The translations under genes were made by a program, and so were the position numbers. Below the pieces are notes generated by a model that saw only the letters and a list, made by a program, of their open reading frames with translations, did not search any database and was not told the DNA's origin. From Guillardia theta CCMP2712 (Eukaryota > Protista > Cryptophyta), in assembly GCF_000315625.1 (NCBI RefSeq), contig NW_005434673.1, forward strand, positions 334,270 to 398,269: DNA of 64,000 nt, in the 5' to 3' direction. Positions 12,901-26,388 of the stretch are shown here, piece after piece. Position 1 is the stretch's first letter. Each line of letters starts with the position of its first letter.

Positions 12901-15900
12901 CATTGCCCAAGATGGTTGGATGAAAATAGACTTGAAACAATCTTCAAAGGCGTAGCCACGATGGGCTGTTGGTTTTGTTACGAAAATTTTCATTCAATGA
13001 CAGTCTTAGCATCAATGATTTCCTCAAAGATGATCTGCAACATCTTGGACACGCTCAAACAAAGAAGAAATACTTTGACGTTGATGGATGGCCAGACTTG
13101 TAGATTGATGAAGAATACGGCAATATTTTTGACACACACCATGCCCTGTGAATTGCAGACTTGCTCGTTCGAAAAATCTCTCTCACGGCGATTCTTTCGA
13201 ACCGTCAGTGTTCAAGCACCTGATTTTCGCGCAATTATTCGAATCAAGCTTCAATCCGTAGGGCTCTTGCATCCAGAGCAGCTTGCCGATGATCTTGCTA
13301 AAATCACAGAAATCGGAAGAGATGTCATTGGAATGAAAATTCGAACGGATTACATTCATTCACAAACTTTCTTTCAAATCATCGATCACTTTTTTCTCCA
13401 AAATCGATTCTCGAAAGATTATTCTGAATCAGTTCTGTTGAATCTGGTTATTGACTTGTACACGACACAGATGGACCATGGGGAGACTGTAGCATTTACA
13501 AAGCTGCTGGAATTGAATTTGACTGGTAAGGTGGGCAACCATCAAAGCTCCGATTGGAATTCAGAATTCAGTCAGATTGTGCAAAATCAAGGACTAGAAT
13601 TCGAATCTACATCCGCTCAAACATGGTATGCAAAGCTAAAGCTTTTGTCAGAATTTCTCGATATTCACTTCAGTGTTGGGGTCTTTGGACAAGCTCTGAC
13701 AGGGAAATCAAGTTTGTTTGAATGCATGAAACTTGCATTTCAAACGAAATGTAAAAAGCCGATTCAAATACGGAAATTGTACAGTAGGAGTAACTCAAAT
13801 GACGATTTATTTGGTTTTACAGACCTTGACAAAAAGAGTTGGCAACCAGGGTTGTTCGAAAAAATCCTGAAAACATCCCAAGAAGACAAAAACACAATCT
13901 TCTGGATTATACTCGACGGTCCATTGAATTATGAATGGAATGAACATCTCCATCGTCTTCTTGACGCACATGGAATCTTCACATCATTTTATAACATCGT
14001 TGAGTTGCAACAAAATTGCAAATTGATGTTTGAAAATGATGACATGAGCAACATGTCACCTTCAACGGTCTCGCGCATAGGGATCGTGTATTTGGATCCT
14101 TCTAGTTTGGGGTGGCAATCAATCTTCAAGAGCCTTTTTCTGCAATCTTTCACTGCAGGCACTGATGGAATCATGATGCATCGTCTGCAGGAATGTTTGT
14201 CGAGTTGCTTTCAAGTAGCCAAGGCACCCAACTACATGAACAGCCACTATGTCAAGGTCTTGTTTCAGCACATGAAATCGCTGCTGGTTTCCCTGGACGA
14301 AAAAATTTCTGTCCTCGAACGAAAACTAGGCTTCGCCATCCTATGGACGTATGGCATGTGTATTGAGGCGGATCTTCTATCACGGATAGAACGATGCATC
14401 CTCGACGCCTTTCCGGAGGCCACGCCGCCAGGCAACGGGAGCATGACCAATTACTTTCTCGACGAGGACAACAACTGGAAGACATTTCATACCGGCATCA
14501 TGGAGATTGTCGGGAAAGATCAGGCAATTCAGGTCTATTTCCCTTCTCAGCGTCAAGTACAAATTTCCCACATGTTGGAGATGAACTTGAAGAATGGGCT
14601 TCCCTCGTTTCTGATTGGTGATAGAGGATCGTCCAAGACCTTTCTCTTGAACATTCTCCATGCTCGCAGCAAAGCTCTAAACTTGACTTACAAGAACATA
14701 TGCATATCTTCTGAGTCAAGGTCAACCGACTTAACTGAAATTCTCCAGAGTCAGTTAAAGAGAAAAATTTGCAATACATATCAACCAAAGAGTGGTGGTA
14801 AATTTGTCCTCTGCATCGAAGATTTAAATCTCTCCACGAGCGAACTAGGAAAAGGGCAACCGATGTTGGAATTACTCAGACAAATGTTTACTGAAGATGG
14901 GTATGTAAAAGATTTTACACTCTTAGAAAGTACTAACATGAATTTAACATAGGATGTACAATGTGAAGGATGGAAAATTCAACAGACTAACTGATATAAG
15001 CTACGTAGGGTCCTTCAACGTTCGAGATGGTGAGCGCGGATCTATTCCTGCCCGACTGCGAGGACGCATGCACGCGATGTTCGTGTCTTATAATCAAAAG
15101 GAAGCGGAGCATTGTTTCAGCTCTTTGCTGAAACACCACATGTCTCATCTTAAGAATGTCAAGCAGTTGACAGATTTCGTGATAAAGATGTTTTCTCAGA
15201 CTATTCAGGTGATGTAGAAGAATGTTTGTCATCAATGGGATCGATTTGACCAATTCGCCTAGGTATACGAAAAATTGAAGAACAGCCATGTATTACATGG
15301 CAGTGAAATTTACTCCCTGCATACTTTGTCTAAAATCTGTTCAGGCATATTGAAAGTCGATTTACAGAATTCAACCAAAGAATCATTCCTAAGGCTGCTC
15401 AAGCATGAATGTGAAAGGGAGTTTTTGGATGTGTTGTTTGACGATGCTTCATACCAGACTGGGAGGAACATCTTACAACAGACATTGTACAAATCTGTTG
15501 ATGCAAAAATGTCTCAGAAGATTCAGAACTCGAGATGTTTGTACAGTGATGGTGGATTTTTGCACAACAAATCAGAATCAACAAATACGACTTACACAAA
15601 ATTCACGCCAGAAGAATTCTTCCATTGTGCTAAGGAACATTTAGACACTTTCGTTTCACGAAGGAAGGAGTATGAAGGATATGTGTTGTTTGAAGCTTGC
15701 ATAGAGAATTTAGCAAAAGTGCTCAGATTTTTGACTCATTCCGATCGATCAATCTGTTTTCTCGTCGGAAATAAAGCTACAGGTCGTGAATTTGTATGCA
15801 GATTAGCATGTTACATGATGGAATTCCACCTGGAAAAGATTGATAGCGTATTGAAAAGGCCAAGTAGCAGTATTCAAGAAAGAACTCTCCATGATTCTGC

Positions 15901-18900
15901 TATGAGATCAGATGCGAGCGCTTCCAAGCAGCGTTGCTTCATTGTGAGAAATGCGGTTAACATTGGTGACCTTGAATGGCACAATCTGAATCAATTGGTG
16001 TCGGAGAGTGACATATTGCATCTCAATCGTGTTGAAAATGGTGTGACTTTGCACACAATTCATGAACTGCAGGTAAATTGATGTTGGTAGTTGTTTTTGC
16101 TTCACTTACAATGTGGAATTAGGACCATGAATCGATAGCGCTGCGCGGAAAGCAGACAAAAATGATCTTTTTCATGGATGCAAGCATTTTAAGAATCAAG
16201 CAACTAGTTCAAATGTTTCCACAAATGCTGGCCATGCAGTTTATGAGGTTTGAAAATATTTCTGCTGAAGTGCATTTTGAAATTGGGTCGAATTCTCTTT
16301 CCAACTGCTTCGCAAACTTGGGGAGTGTGCATAAATATGCGAGGGTAATGCTGAATGTTCATTCTCATGCAATTCAGATCTCGAATGAGTTCCAAGCTAT
16401 TTCAGGATGTCACTTCCATTTTGATATTCGGAATTTCAAGACATTTCTTTCCAAGTTTGCAGCTCTGTATCGCGAAAAGGTTCAAATGCTTGAAATAAAA
16501 TTTCGTCGTGTTAGGAATGCGATCGCAAGGATAGAGCTATATCAAAGAAATCTGGAGGAGACGGAGAACAGGAGCCGACAAGACGAAGCTTCACTCAAAA
16601 ATTTAAGATCCAAAATTTCGGAAACTTTCAAGGAAGTTACAAGCGACAAATCTGCGCTTGAGCGTCAAAAAAGAAAGGTAAGCCGGGTCGATGAGATCAT
16701 ACTGTTTCTTGTCCATTTCTGATTTTTACAACAACCAGATGGAATTGATACAAGAGGACATCGCCCAAAATGATGCGAAAAAAACCAAAGTTGCAACGGA
16801 GATCAAAAGCATGCGAGCCTCTGCTGATCAACGATTTTATGACGCAATCAACCTGTTGAATCAAGTCAAGACAGAACAGATTGATACCCTCAACGATTTA
16901 GAACATCGGCGTTCTCCTCACCTCCAATATCTGTGCGATCTGTTAGCAACACTTTCTCACTTGAAACTCAAGACTCAGGGTATTGACTTGATGTGGATGA
17001 GAGAGTCGATCGAATCCTTGAAGCGAATGAATCCCGATGGTTTTAACGAAGAGGACCACGAATTCTTGCTTGCTCTTTTGGAAAAGGAAGCAGAGATGTT
17101 GGAGTCATGTCCAGATAATTTCGTGAAAGAGTTGTTGTTGATATCACTGAAATTCATGCATGGACTGGCAGATTACACTCTAGAGAAATTGAGAACAAAA
17201 GCTCTGTTGTTGAAGGAGAAGGAATTTAAATCGTTGTTACTTGTTTTAGGAAAGACTTACAACAACACATTCGAAGAAATAGCTCGCATGGAAACGAATA
17301 TTCTTTCAAAGGAAGCAAATTTTACACAGATGAATCAGGAAAAGAATGATTTAGAAGAGAAGAATGCGATTCTAAACTCAAAGTTGTTGAAGTCTAGAGA
17401 CTTTCACAATTCAGTCGAGAATGATTATCGTGTTTGGAAATCATACCTTGATGAAAATCAAGAGAATGAAACAAGCCTCATCAAACATACTCTGATCCAG
17501 AGCCTTCTCCTCGTGTATTGTGGAGGATTTGATGGACCACACCGCACAAAGATGCTGCAGCATCTCTTCAGTCTGTTGAACGAAGAGTATGATGTCGCTC
17601 TGGTTCAGCGATCTGTTGAGAGCATGGTAACCAAACAGAAGATCAATGAATGGAAGATGAGCGGACTGTTGCTCCAGGATTTCTTTGTTCAGAATGCTGT
17701 ACTTATTGAAAATTCTATCGGAATTCCCTTCATCATAGACCCAGACGGCGAGGGGCTACGGTGGCTGATGTCTTCGCTTGACTCCCCTGTGGTGAACATG
17801 TCCAAGAGCTTGACAGAAGGAGTTTGTAGGACGGCCAAAGGCGGAGAGGGCAAGGAGAGGGCAGTGATCAACGTACTCTGGCAAGATGATCCAAGTCCAG
17901 CTATGCTCGGCCTGTTCTACGACCTGAGGCAGGAAGGGACCGAGCTGCCTGCAAGCTCTCTCTACTTGGTTTCGTCTTCTTGGAATTCAGCTATGCCTCT
18001 TCCTCCTAATAGCATCAGCCCGATCAACTTCACGCTGAGCCAGGACCTCTACGAGCACGTGACCTTCGACGTCTTGCTGATCCACCTGCGACATGAGCTG
18101 TGTGCTCAGCAGAAGCAAGCCCTCAAATCTGTGCTGGACCTGGAGTTGCAGATCGATACTAATTTCGAGACCTTGATGAGTATGTTTAGCCAAGAGGAAC
18201 CGACCTTGATGGAAGATTCACACCTGACAAGCCTCGTGACGAAAAGAAATCATTCCGCAAAGGTTCTCGAATCTGCTCAACAGGATTTGACAAACATTTC
18301 GATGATGATGAAGAATTCTTCTGAGAACTTGAGGTTGAACTCACAGAGATGTGCGATGTTTCTTGCAGCTTTGTTTCAGATGAATAAGATCAACCCTGGC
18401 TATTGTTTCTGTTTGCAGATGGTGCTGAAATTAATTGTCCGGAACGACAGCGTTGTGAAATCGCCTGAAGAGTTCACATATAATCTGTACGCGCTGCTAT
18501 GTAACTCGCTCTTGATACGGGATCGAGCTCTCTTCGGTGTCCTGCTTTCGCTGCAGATTCTGATTTCAGAAGGAACCATTCCGCCGGAAACAACCATCCA
18601 AGTACCCGTGAAGCCCCCGACAAGGAAATCGTCAACAGGGTTGCGGTTGCCTTGGGTCAACGTGATTCACTGGAATCAACTGGTGGAATTCGTCAAGGCC
18701 AACCCCTACTTCGAGAGCGTGTTGGAGCATATCATGGAGCACTCAGAGGAATGGCAGTCTTGGTACAACCTGGATGAGCCCGAGAAGCATTTCCCGAGCG
18801 ATCTCAACTTTCGCTACAAGAAGGCAGCAATCTTTGTTCGATTCATCACCCTCAAGATATTGCGCCCTGACAGAATCGTGCAAGCATGTTCTAGGATCGT

Positions 18901-20983
18901 CGAAGAGACATTGGGAAATCATAACACAAAGACTCAAGACGACGACCTTCACTTCATCTCAACACTTGTCGAGAAACATACACCCATCCTCCTCATTGGC
19001 GCTCAGTCCTTCGACCCGGTTCAGGAAATCACAAACTCTGCGCACGACCACCAAATAGAGTGTATGCTTGCATCTGTGGTCCATGGAGAACCGGTTGCCT
19101 CGAGGATTTTATCTTCAGGGATCTCAGTGGGTTCTTGGATGGTGCTCGAAAACGTGGAGCTTGACTTGGACCTGGCAGAGTCAATTGTGCTGACTGTCTA
19201 CGACCGCAAGCAACACTTGAAGAATGATTTCCGACTGTGGTTGACGATGAATGAACAGATCGACAGGAGGAAAGGTTTTCTCAATGAGATGATCTGCCTC
19301 TTACATGAAAGACCTTCAAGTTTTCGGATGAATCTTGGTCGAACTTTCCAGTCTCCTGATGCCGCACATGTGACTTCGTATGAAGACACTCCGCAGTTTC
19401 CATACAAATCCATCTTTCTGGCAATCACCATGTTACACGCTTCCTTGGTCACTCGTCAGCTCTGCGCAGGGTTGACTTGGTCCTTTACATACTCTACCGA
19501 AGACTCAGATTTTCATATCATAGCTGAAGTGACAAAGTCGCTTTTTGGCTCGAGCCTTCACGAGAACAGGAGCAACATGATTCTCAAGAATCTCAAGCAT
19601 TCGATTCAGGACGTTCTGGCTGGTCGAATCATGGAGTCGGCCGATACTTCGACCCTCTCGGTCTACATAAATCATTTTGTTTCCTCTGCCTTCTTGCAAG
19701 AGCTGGTGAGTGACTTGGGCAGCAACTTTCAACTCAACGATATGGATTTCATGTCTTTGCGAGAGTTCTTCAATTCGATCTCACAGGATCAAGAGCTCCG
19801 TTTCATGTCCCTGAACTCAATGATTCCTGCTCAAAGGCTGCAGCTCTTCTCTCACGAGGAGCTCGATTACAAGCTGAGCTTGGCTTTAAAGAAACGTGAG
19901 CACGATCATCGCTTATCATCATGTCTGGATGTTTTGGAGAAGATAAACCTCTTGTCAGCTGGGAGTGATGCAGAAAAGCTGCATGAAGTAGAACGTCGTC
20001 AGAGTGACGGGGCTTCAGACTTACTGGCGCTGAACTTCAACTATGAATACGCCAGATTCTGCAAGCTCGTCTCATGGCTGCGGGAGCAAGTTGCCTGCTT
20101 GTGTCTGCTGCAGGATTCTGATGGAACATCGGAGAGTGCGCACTGGAAGCAAGACTCTATCAGGTATTCAACGCCTACTTCAACTACTCCCTCAGTAACT
20201 TTCCTTGCAGCATCTCAAGAAGGAAAGTACCGCAGAGCTGGCAGGAGATGTCATGGCCAGAAGAAAGCTTGTCGGATTGGTTAGAGAGGCTCTCGCTGGG
20301 TCTCAAGCAAGCGAAATCCTGTGCTTCGGGAGCTCCTCCCTTCTCTCTATGGCTCCCTGGCTTCTTGCACCCCGAGGGCATCCTCGACGTGAGTCAGCGC
20401 TGCTCGTGACCCTCACTGTACCTTTGAACCTTCAGCAGGCGATGGGCTACGGGACCAACAAGCGAGATGAAGCACAACACAGCCGCAGCCATCTGGATCT
20501 CTCTGTCACCGACCTGGAGGTCGAAGACTTGAACGAGCCTTCGCAGGCAGGACACTTCATTCACGGTTACTTGCCTCCCTTGCAAACCCTTGGACTAAAG
20601 GAGGGTGCTAGGGTTGAAAGTGCGCGGCGGTGAGTGGTCGAAGAGGCGGGGTAAGTTCAGTCTCGGTCGACAGAAGGTCTGTCTTTCTTGATCTCGACCG
20701 TCTTGATACATTTTCTCAGCTTCAACCTTGTCAAAACCTTCCAGTGATCCAAGTTTCACCACACTCGTTGCAGGCAGACCGCGCAGAACCTTTCTACATG
20801 TGCCCGTGCTACAAGAATTCGCAGAGGCACGGAAATTTCTTATGCTTTATAAGGATCACAACGGTGATGACGTTCCGCTAGTGTTCCAAGTGTCTGACCC
20901 CCTTGCAGGACGAGAGCGTGGAAGCATGCATCGCGTCGAGCGTGGCAGTGATCAGCACACACAAGATGCTCTCACTCACTTGA
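6922..20983 (+). CDS. Axonemal dynein heavy chain, outer-arm gamma (DNAH5/8/ODA2)-like tail, with a highly divergent and probably inactive motor domain
   Basis: N-terminus LDSRHRWIISRLKTAFG resembles gamma-HC. Conserved tail (GPESEFDFWRSRMTKFNSIAEQLK, ALNEARDNVKYLSTLEK, NLPPVSANIIWAKQL). Linker LPQEAKRFDKIDK...KRLDFPRFCFV. P-loop-like motifs GLSGSGKSE, GQALTGKSS, GDRGSSKTF, GNKATGREF. Coiled-coil stalk, IIDPDGEG (AAA5), GSWMVLENV (AAA6), C-terminal YMCPCYK. Long ORFs are joined by short GT-AG introns; stop TGA 20981-20983. Confidence 0.93.
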
Positions 20984-21002
20984 TACAATACATGTCACCC
21001 TA

Positions 21003-21396
21003 TCACTCAGCATCGAGACTCACGAGCGGCGAGCAGCCATGGCGGCCTTCGTTGTGACCCCCTGTGTCATGAGGAAGGCAGGTCCACATGCTTGCGATCC
21101 AATAGCATCCAGTCTCCCCTGTCACGTCCCACTTCACCCGAATCCATGCTCCATCATCCCAGATCTCAACGATGGATCCCTCTCCTTCACCTACCAAAGA
21201 TCACTCAGCCACCTTCACTCAACCTCCGAGCTTTACCTGAACAGTCTGTCTGGGGCTCGTAGAAAATCCTGCCGATGTGCAAATTCTTGCCTCCAGGTGT
21301 CTTGCTGAAAAGAGCCTTGTACCTCTCCGAAAGCTTCACACGGCCTCCAATCTTTGCAGGAATATCCACTCCGACGTAGCGTTCCATGAATCCCAT
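21003..21396 (-). CDS. Small protein with a MIB/HERC2-like (SH3-like) motif; 3' end uncertain
   Basis: Exon 1 MGFMERYVGVDIPAKIGGRVKLS...TDCS, short GT-AG intron, then GEGEGSIVEIWDDGAWIRVKWDVTGETGCYW, resembling G.RV...G.GTV...V.V.WD.G. Confidence 0.5.
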
Positions 21397-21489
21397 GGAT
21401 TGAACCTTCCCTGTGTTCTGGAGACTTGCTTCCTGCCCTCCTTCCCCGGCTTCCCCCTATGCTCCCTACTATGCTCTGCTCTGCCCTCT

Positions 21490-21530
21490 CTCCTGTCCTG
21501 TCCTGTCCTGTCCTGTCCTGTCCTGTCCTC
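21490..21530. repeat. (TCCTG)n microsatellite
   Basis: About 7 perfect tcctg units. Confidence 0.95.
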
Positions 21531-22197
21531 TCTTGTCCCACTTCCCTCGTCTCGTTGCCTTGCTTGTCTCTGTGCGCTGCTCTCAACGGCTTCACTCCCA
21601 CACACCCGGCCCGCCTCCGTTGGAACAAGTTGAGGCTGACCGTTACACTTTGTGCAACCGCAAATGGTCGTCCAACATCCGCTGATACGCGGTGGCTAAG
21701 GCTGTAGGGTACCGTACATGACCCTACCAAGTCTTATCCTGCGTAAGCAAAGAAAAAATTAGGGGTACTAGAGAGAACATGTTTGACCTGTGATGCAGGG
21801 CCCGAGGGTGGGTGGTGACGGGGCTTGACTCTTGGGTGCAAGCAGCTATGCGGAAGATGCGGAAAAGGCGGGCGAGGAAAGAAGTAAACAAGACAGAATG
21901 CTAGAAAGAAGACAGGGAGGTAGGACAAGTCGTAAGATGGAACAAGGAATAGCATTACAAGTTTGGTATATGTACGGTAGATTTTCAGATTGCCGGTTGT
22001 ATACGGAGGATCCAACTCAGTAAGGCATGGGTATTGATCCTTTTAGGGCTTGTAGGCTGGCTGTAGTGTACTTTGCTAACAAAAGGCCATGGCAGGTCGG
22101 CGTTGCCGTACGACTCCTGGAATGAATTTATAAGTCTACGAATCTTAGATCTTGCAGATGCATCGTGGAAGGTGAACAACTTGGCCTTAACCCCAGG

Positions 22198-25100
22198 ATG
22201 CTCCAAGACAAGTTGCTCTTGCTCATCTTTCTCCTCCTCCTTGCCTGCACGGTGAAAGCAGATTCATGGGACAGAGATGTAAGCAGAACCCGGAATGGCC
22301 TCTCACCTTATATCAGACCCAGCACATCGATAGGTGCAGTTCAGTCCAACTTCACAGTCTATAGTTCTGCCGATGATTTGTCGTTGGACCAGAACACGAT
22401 GTTCTTCTGCAAGTACCTAAGTACGTCTAGTTCCAACTACTTGCATACCGAAGCGCTATACATCTCGAGCTCTGAGCTGATTTGCAAGATGCCTGAGTGG
22501 GGTAATTCCTACAAGGCGGATCTGACTTATCTTTCTATATGGAAAGGAGCTAGTTTTGCTTCTTCTACAGAAATTTTAGCTATTGGAGACCCCGTCGAGA
22601 TCTACTTCAGCGGTCAATCAGTGCTTGAAATTTGGGGCTGATGACTGACGTGCGCTCTCAGAATCCATCGTTTCGATCTCCCCTCATGTGCTCATTTCAC
22701 CGAGTAGTCTTATAACCGTTGTCGGAGCTGGTTTTGACACAAGGTGAATTGAACAAGGTATCCTTCTCTCTGCTCTATTTGACTCGGTTTCATCAGCGTA
22801 TCATATCACATTGTATTTGTACCCAAAGTCCAGTTTTCTGCTATGGCCTCACCCCCAACAACGCAGCAATGGATCTATTCTTTTGTTCTCAATGTCACAA
22901 ACAACACTTATGCCACCTCCATGATCAATTGGAATCATGATGCTGGTGATCACTTTGTCACCTTGTTCAGAGTGAGTAGACACCACGTTTGTTGTCTGAT
23001 CCGCTGATATGTCTACCAGTCACTTCCCAGCTATCTGTCGACTGCCACATACTCTGTTGCCCTCCCAGTTCCACAAGGGCGTACGGGTGCTTCATCATTT
23101 CAGTGGTCGGCATTCGATTGGGGCATTGTTGAATCATGGCATTCCTTGGATCGATATTTTGCAGGATACATCAGTCAACAAGTCATTACTGTTCACGGTG
23201 GGTTTCGTGATGATGGATGAATCTCCAACTTATCGCGATTCTCAAGGTGACGGATTCCGCACTTCATCCTTCGAAGAAGCCCCATATCTTTGCACTTTTC
23301 GGCAGTCTTACAACGGAATTGCGGTTCAAGGTAGTGGAGCATATTACTTTGAAAGTGTTGCGACTGCGATAGACACGACCAAGTTAACTTGCCAAGCCCC
23401 AAAGTAGATGCGTCATTGAAACATTTAGAAAGTTGATTTGTTTTGCAGATTTGAGCCCTCGGAAGGATATAACATATGGTCAGAGTTCATTTTCAACATT
23501 AGAACGAATCAAACAATCATCCTACCGGACAACAGCGATTATGGATCTACTGTTAAACTCTTGCACAAAAATCTGACAATCTTCAGACTTCTGAGTAATG
23601 CTTTTCGTCTGACTTTTATCTGTCAACTTACTGATTTATCCTTAGGAACTCCTGAGTGGTCTGAATCAGTTGTGGCTTCCAACGCCATCCTTGAGGAAGG
23701 TCTCGAATGCGGAAAATTCAAGCTGGACTTCCATGCTGAAAAAGGTGTGGCATAGCAATCGCTTCATTCTTGTGAAAGTTCCCTAGGTATGGGTCCATTG
23801 CGCTTGACACTCAAATATACGCCTTTGCGTCCAAAAGTGAATTTCGACTTCATATCTTCTAGTGGAATTCCGACTGTGAATGAGGTCTCACAACGAAAAC
23901 TTGTTGGTATGCTCACTCGATTTTCAGATCCTGCGGACTACAGACGTCATGCCTTCTCGGGAGTATACCAACTCATTGGAGGTTTGAATGTTCAAGGAGT
24001 TCATCCTTAAAGTAATGATTATGAGCAGGGCGACTACTTCGATGCTGATGGAATCTACTATCCTGGTCCCTCTGACACAGTTCTCGACCTTCCGCTGCAA
24101 ACTCCTGCTGTCAAAGTAAGTCGGAACGTATCGTGAACGTAGCGTTGACTTGTTGTCTCAGCAAACTAAGGCAGATATTGTCGCTTCCCAGACTCTGAAG
24201 ATCCCCGACAACCTTGCTGAGCCGTCTCACATGATCTTCTCTTGTCTCACGGACTTCCAAAATGGCAATGTCAGTGGCACGGTCGAGTGGAACGTCAGCA
24301 AGGGATGGGAAGGGTTTGCCTACAAACTGTGTGTGACTGCTTATCATGCTGTCGTTCCTCTCGCATCGAGATCTCTTGACCTGGCAAACGAGCGATGTTT
24401 CTTTGTTATCGTCCCCAAGTGCTCCAAGTGTCTCACGGCTGTGGATACCCTTGACTCAGTTTCGGCTTTCTATGGAGCGAACTGGATTGATCTTTGGAGT
24501 TCCAACCATCAAATGTTCAAGACTAAGAGTGTGGATGTCAAGTACGACGAGATGATAGTGACCCAAAGGAATTTTCTAAGTCTTCCGCAGGACCGACGAA
24601 GTTTTCAATGCACCCAACGACAGAGTTTACATCGAGATCGACAGAAATACTTCTCTGAAGCTCGGACAGTCCTACCGCATGAACTCAGGCGACACCATCA
24701 ACTCCGTTTCCCTTCGCTTTGGCATGATGATTGAAAACTTCCTGGTGACTTCACATGTCATTGTGACTCGGCTCCTCACATACCACAGGCACTGAACCCG
24801 GACATCTTCGCTGGCAACGAGTTTCAAAAGCTTGACGGCAAGCGAGTCTGCATTCTTTCTTCCACCTCCAAATACAGCACCTGCACGGTAAGCGCCAGCC
24901 AACCGTTGGTTTCGTCCCCTCTGACTGCCTGGCAACAGCCTTTGCAGGAAACCCCCAGCCCGATATTCTACGAGGCTACATACCGAGCAAGGGTAGACGA
25001 GAGTTGTCCGCTCATTCCCTCGCCTGATCGTTGCTACAGTTCTATCACGACTTCGACGTTAAGGGACGGCCAATCAAGACATACAATGACAGGTCCCTGC

Positions 25101-25255
25101 CCCTGCTCCTCGTATCTCTGCTCAGTCCCTGCCCGCCATTCTGCTGCTCCTGCCATGCAGCTCAGAGCATCCTCCTCCTGTCTCTTGCCCCCCTCGCTGA
25201 CTCATGACTCAGGTATCCTCAACCTCCGTTCGAGTTCCCCCCCAAGACTCCCTAG
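22198..25255 (+). CDS. Secreted protein with IPT/TIG-like domains and two LysM domains (paralog B)
   Basis: Signal peptide MLQDKLLLLIFLLLLACTVKA-DSWD. IPT-like FFCKY...ALYISSSELICKMPEWG and YLCTF...ATAIDTTKLTCQAP. LysM-like CLTAVDTLDSVSAFYGANWIDLWSSN and YRMNSGDTINSVSLRFGMMIENFL-ALNPDI...KRVCIL. Ends YNDRYPQPPFEFPPKTP, TAG 25253-25255. Confidence 0.75.
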
Positions 25256-26388
25256 TCTCTTCTGCAACTTCTACATCCTGTACATTTACATGAATCATGC
25301 ATCATCTCTCCTCCGTTCTCCCCTCTACCTCCCTCTCCTCGTCCACCGTGCCCCCACCTCTCCCCCACTGCCCTTCCTGTCCTTCCTCCCAGCACTCCAC
25401 TCAAGGTCTACACGCCGTCAAGTGTTTTACGTGTGTTAGGGTCGCTTTACGCCAGCACTTATCGACTCCACTGTCGACAAAATCTCAAATCGGGTCTTGA
25501 CCTTGCAATCCCACTGCCCAGGTTGAAGAGATCTTGTTCCCCTCAGCTCGCAGCCCTGGCACTCGAGCTCTCTCTCTTCGGCAGAACTCCCCGCGACATG
25601 AGGAGATCCTCAGGAAACCTCTGATCGTTGACCGTGTCAAATCCTTATCCATGAGTCTAAGGGAGGGATCTAGAATCACATCGTAGTTTACCCGATAAGC
25701 TTGTATCATCAGCCTCTACCATCCGTATCCAACTGCTATCTTCTTCCATCAAAGGTCGACAGGCAGAGGTCGCAAAACCCAAAGATACCAAAACCTGGCT
25801 CCAGAACTTCACAACTTTCCAAATCAAATTTTCCTCCCTTGCATTCAACCTTGATTTGCACAACTTGTGTATCACCCCTTGCCTACGTTCCTCTTCTTTG
25901 TTCTCCATCTACTCCTTCATTCCGCCTCTCCTCCGCTTCCTCCTCCTCCCTCGATACCCTCTCCTCTTCCCGGTTCCATCGCATTCAACTCTGTTTCGCC
26001 CCCTTCCGTGTCCTCCACCCCACCCTGAGACCACCCCATTGGCAACACAGGATAGCTACCCACCTGATTTACACCACCACCTACCCCCTCTCTCAAAAAC
26101 CCGTCTGATTTAGTTGTAACACCCCTGGTATGTCCCCGAAATGCAAAATATCCTTTTTGTTCACCTCTCTATCAGTACCCCCTACCCCCACTTAATGCCC
26201 CCTCCTCCCAATCCAGACAGCCCCACCACTCCTGCTTCTCCTCCCCCCTCGCCCCCCCTCGCCCCTCCTCCTCCCTTCCTCCCTCCCTCCCCCTTCACTC
26301 CTCCCTCTCATCCTGATCTACACATCTTCCTGACCGAAGGATATCGCAGCTCCACTTCATACCCTCCTAGCTCTTCACTTTGCCCAGC

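Noticed and set aside
21233-21730. ORFs with CPVLS / QDRTG repeats
   Set aside because: Products of the (TCCTG)n microsatellite.
25433-26113. Short ORFs between LysM-B and the 26389 gene
   Set aside because: No recognisable motif or consistent splice model; partly low complexity.
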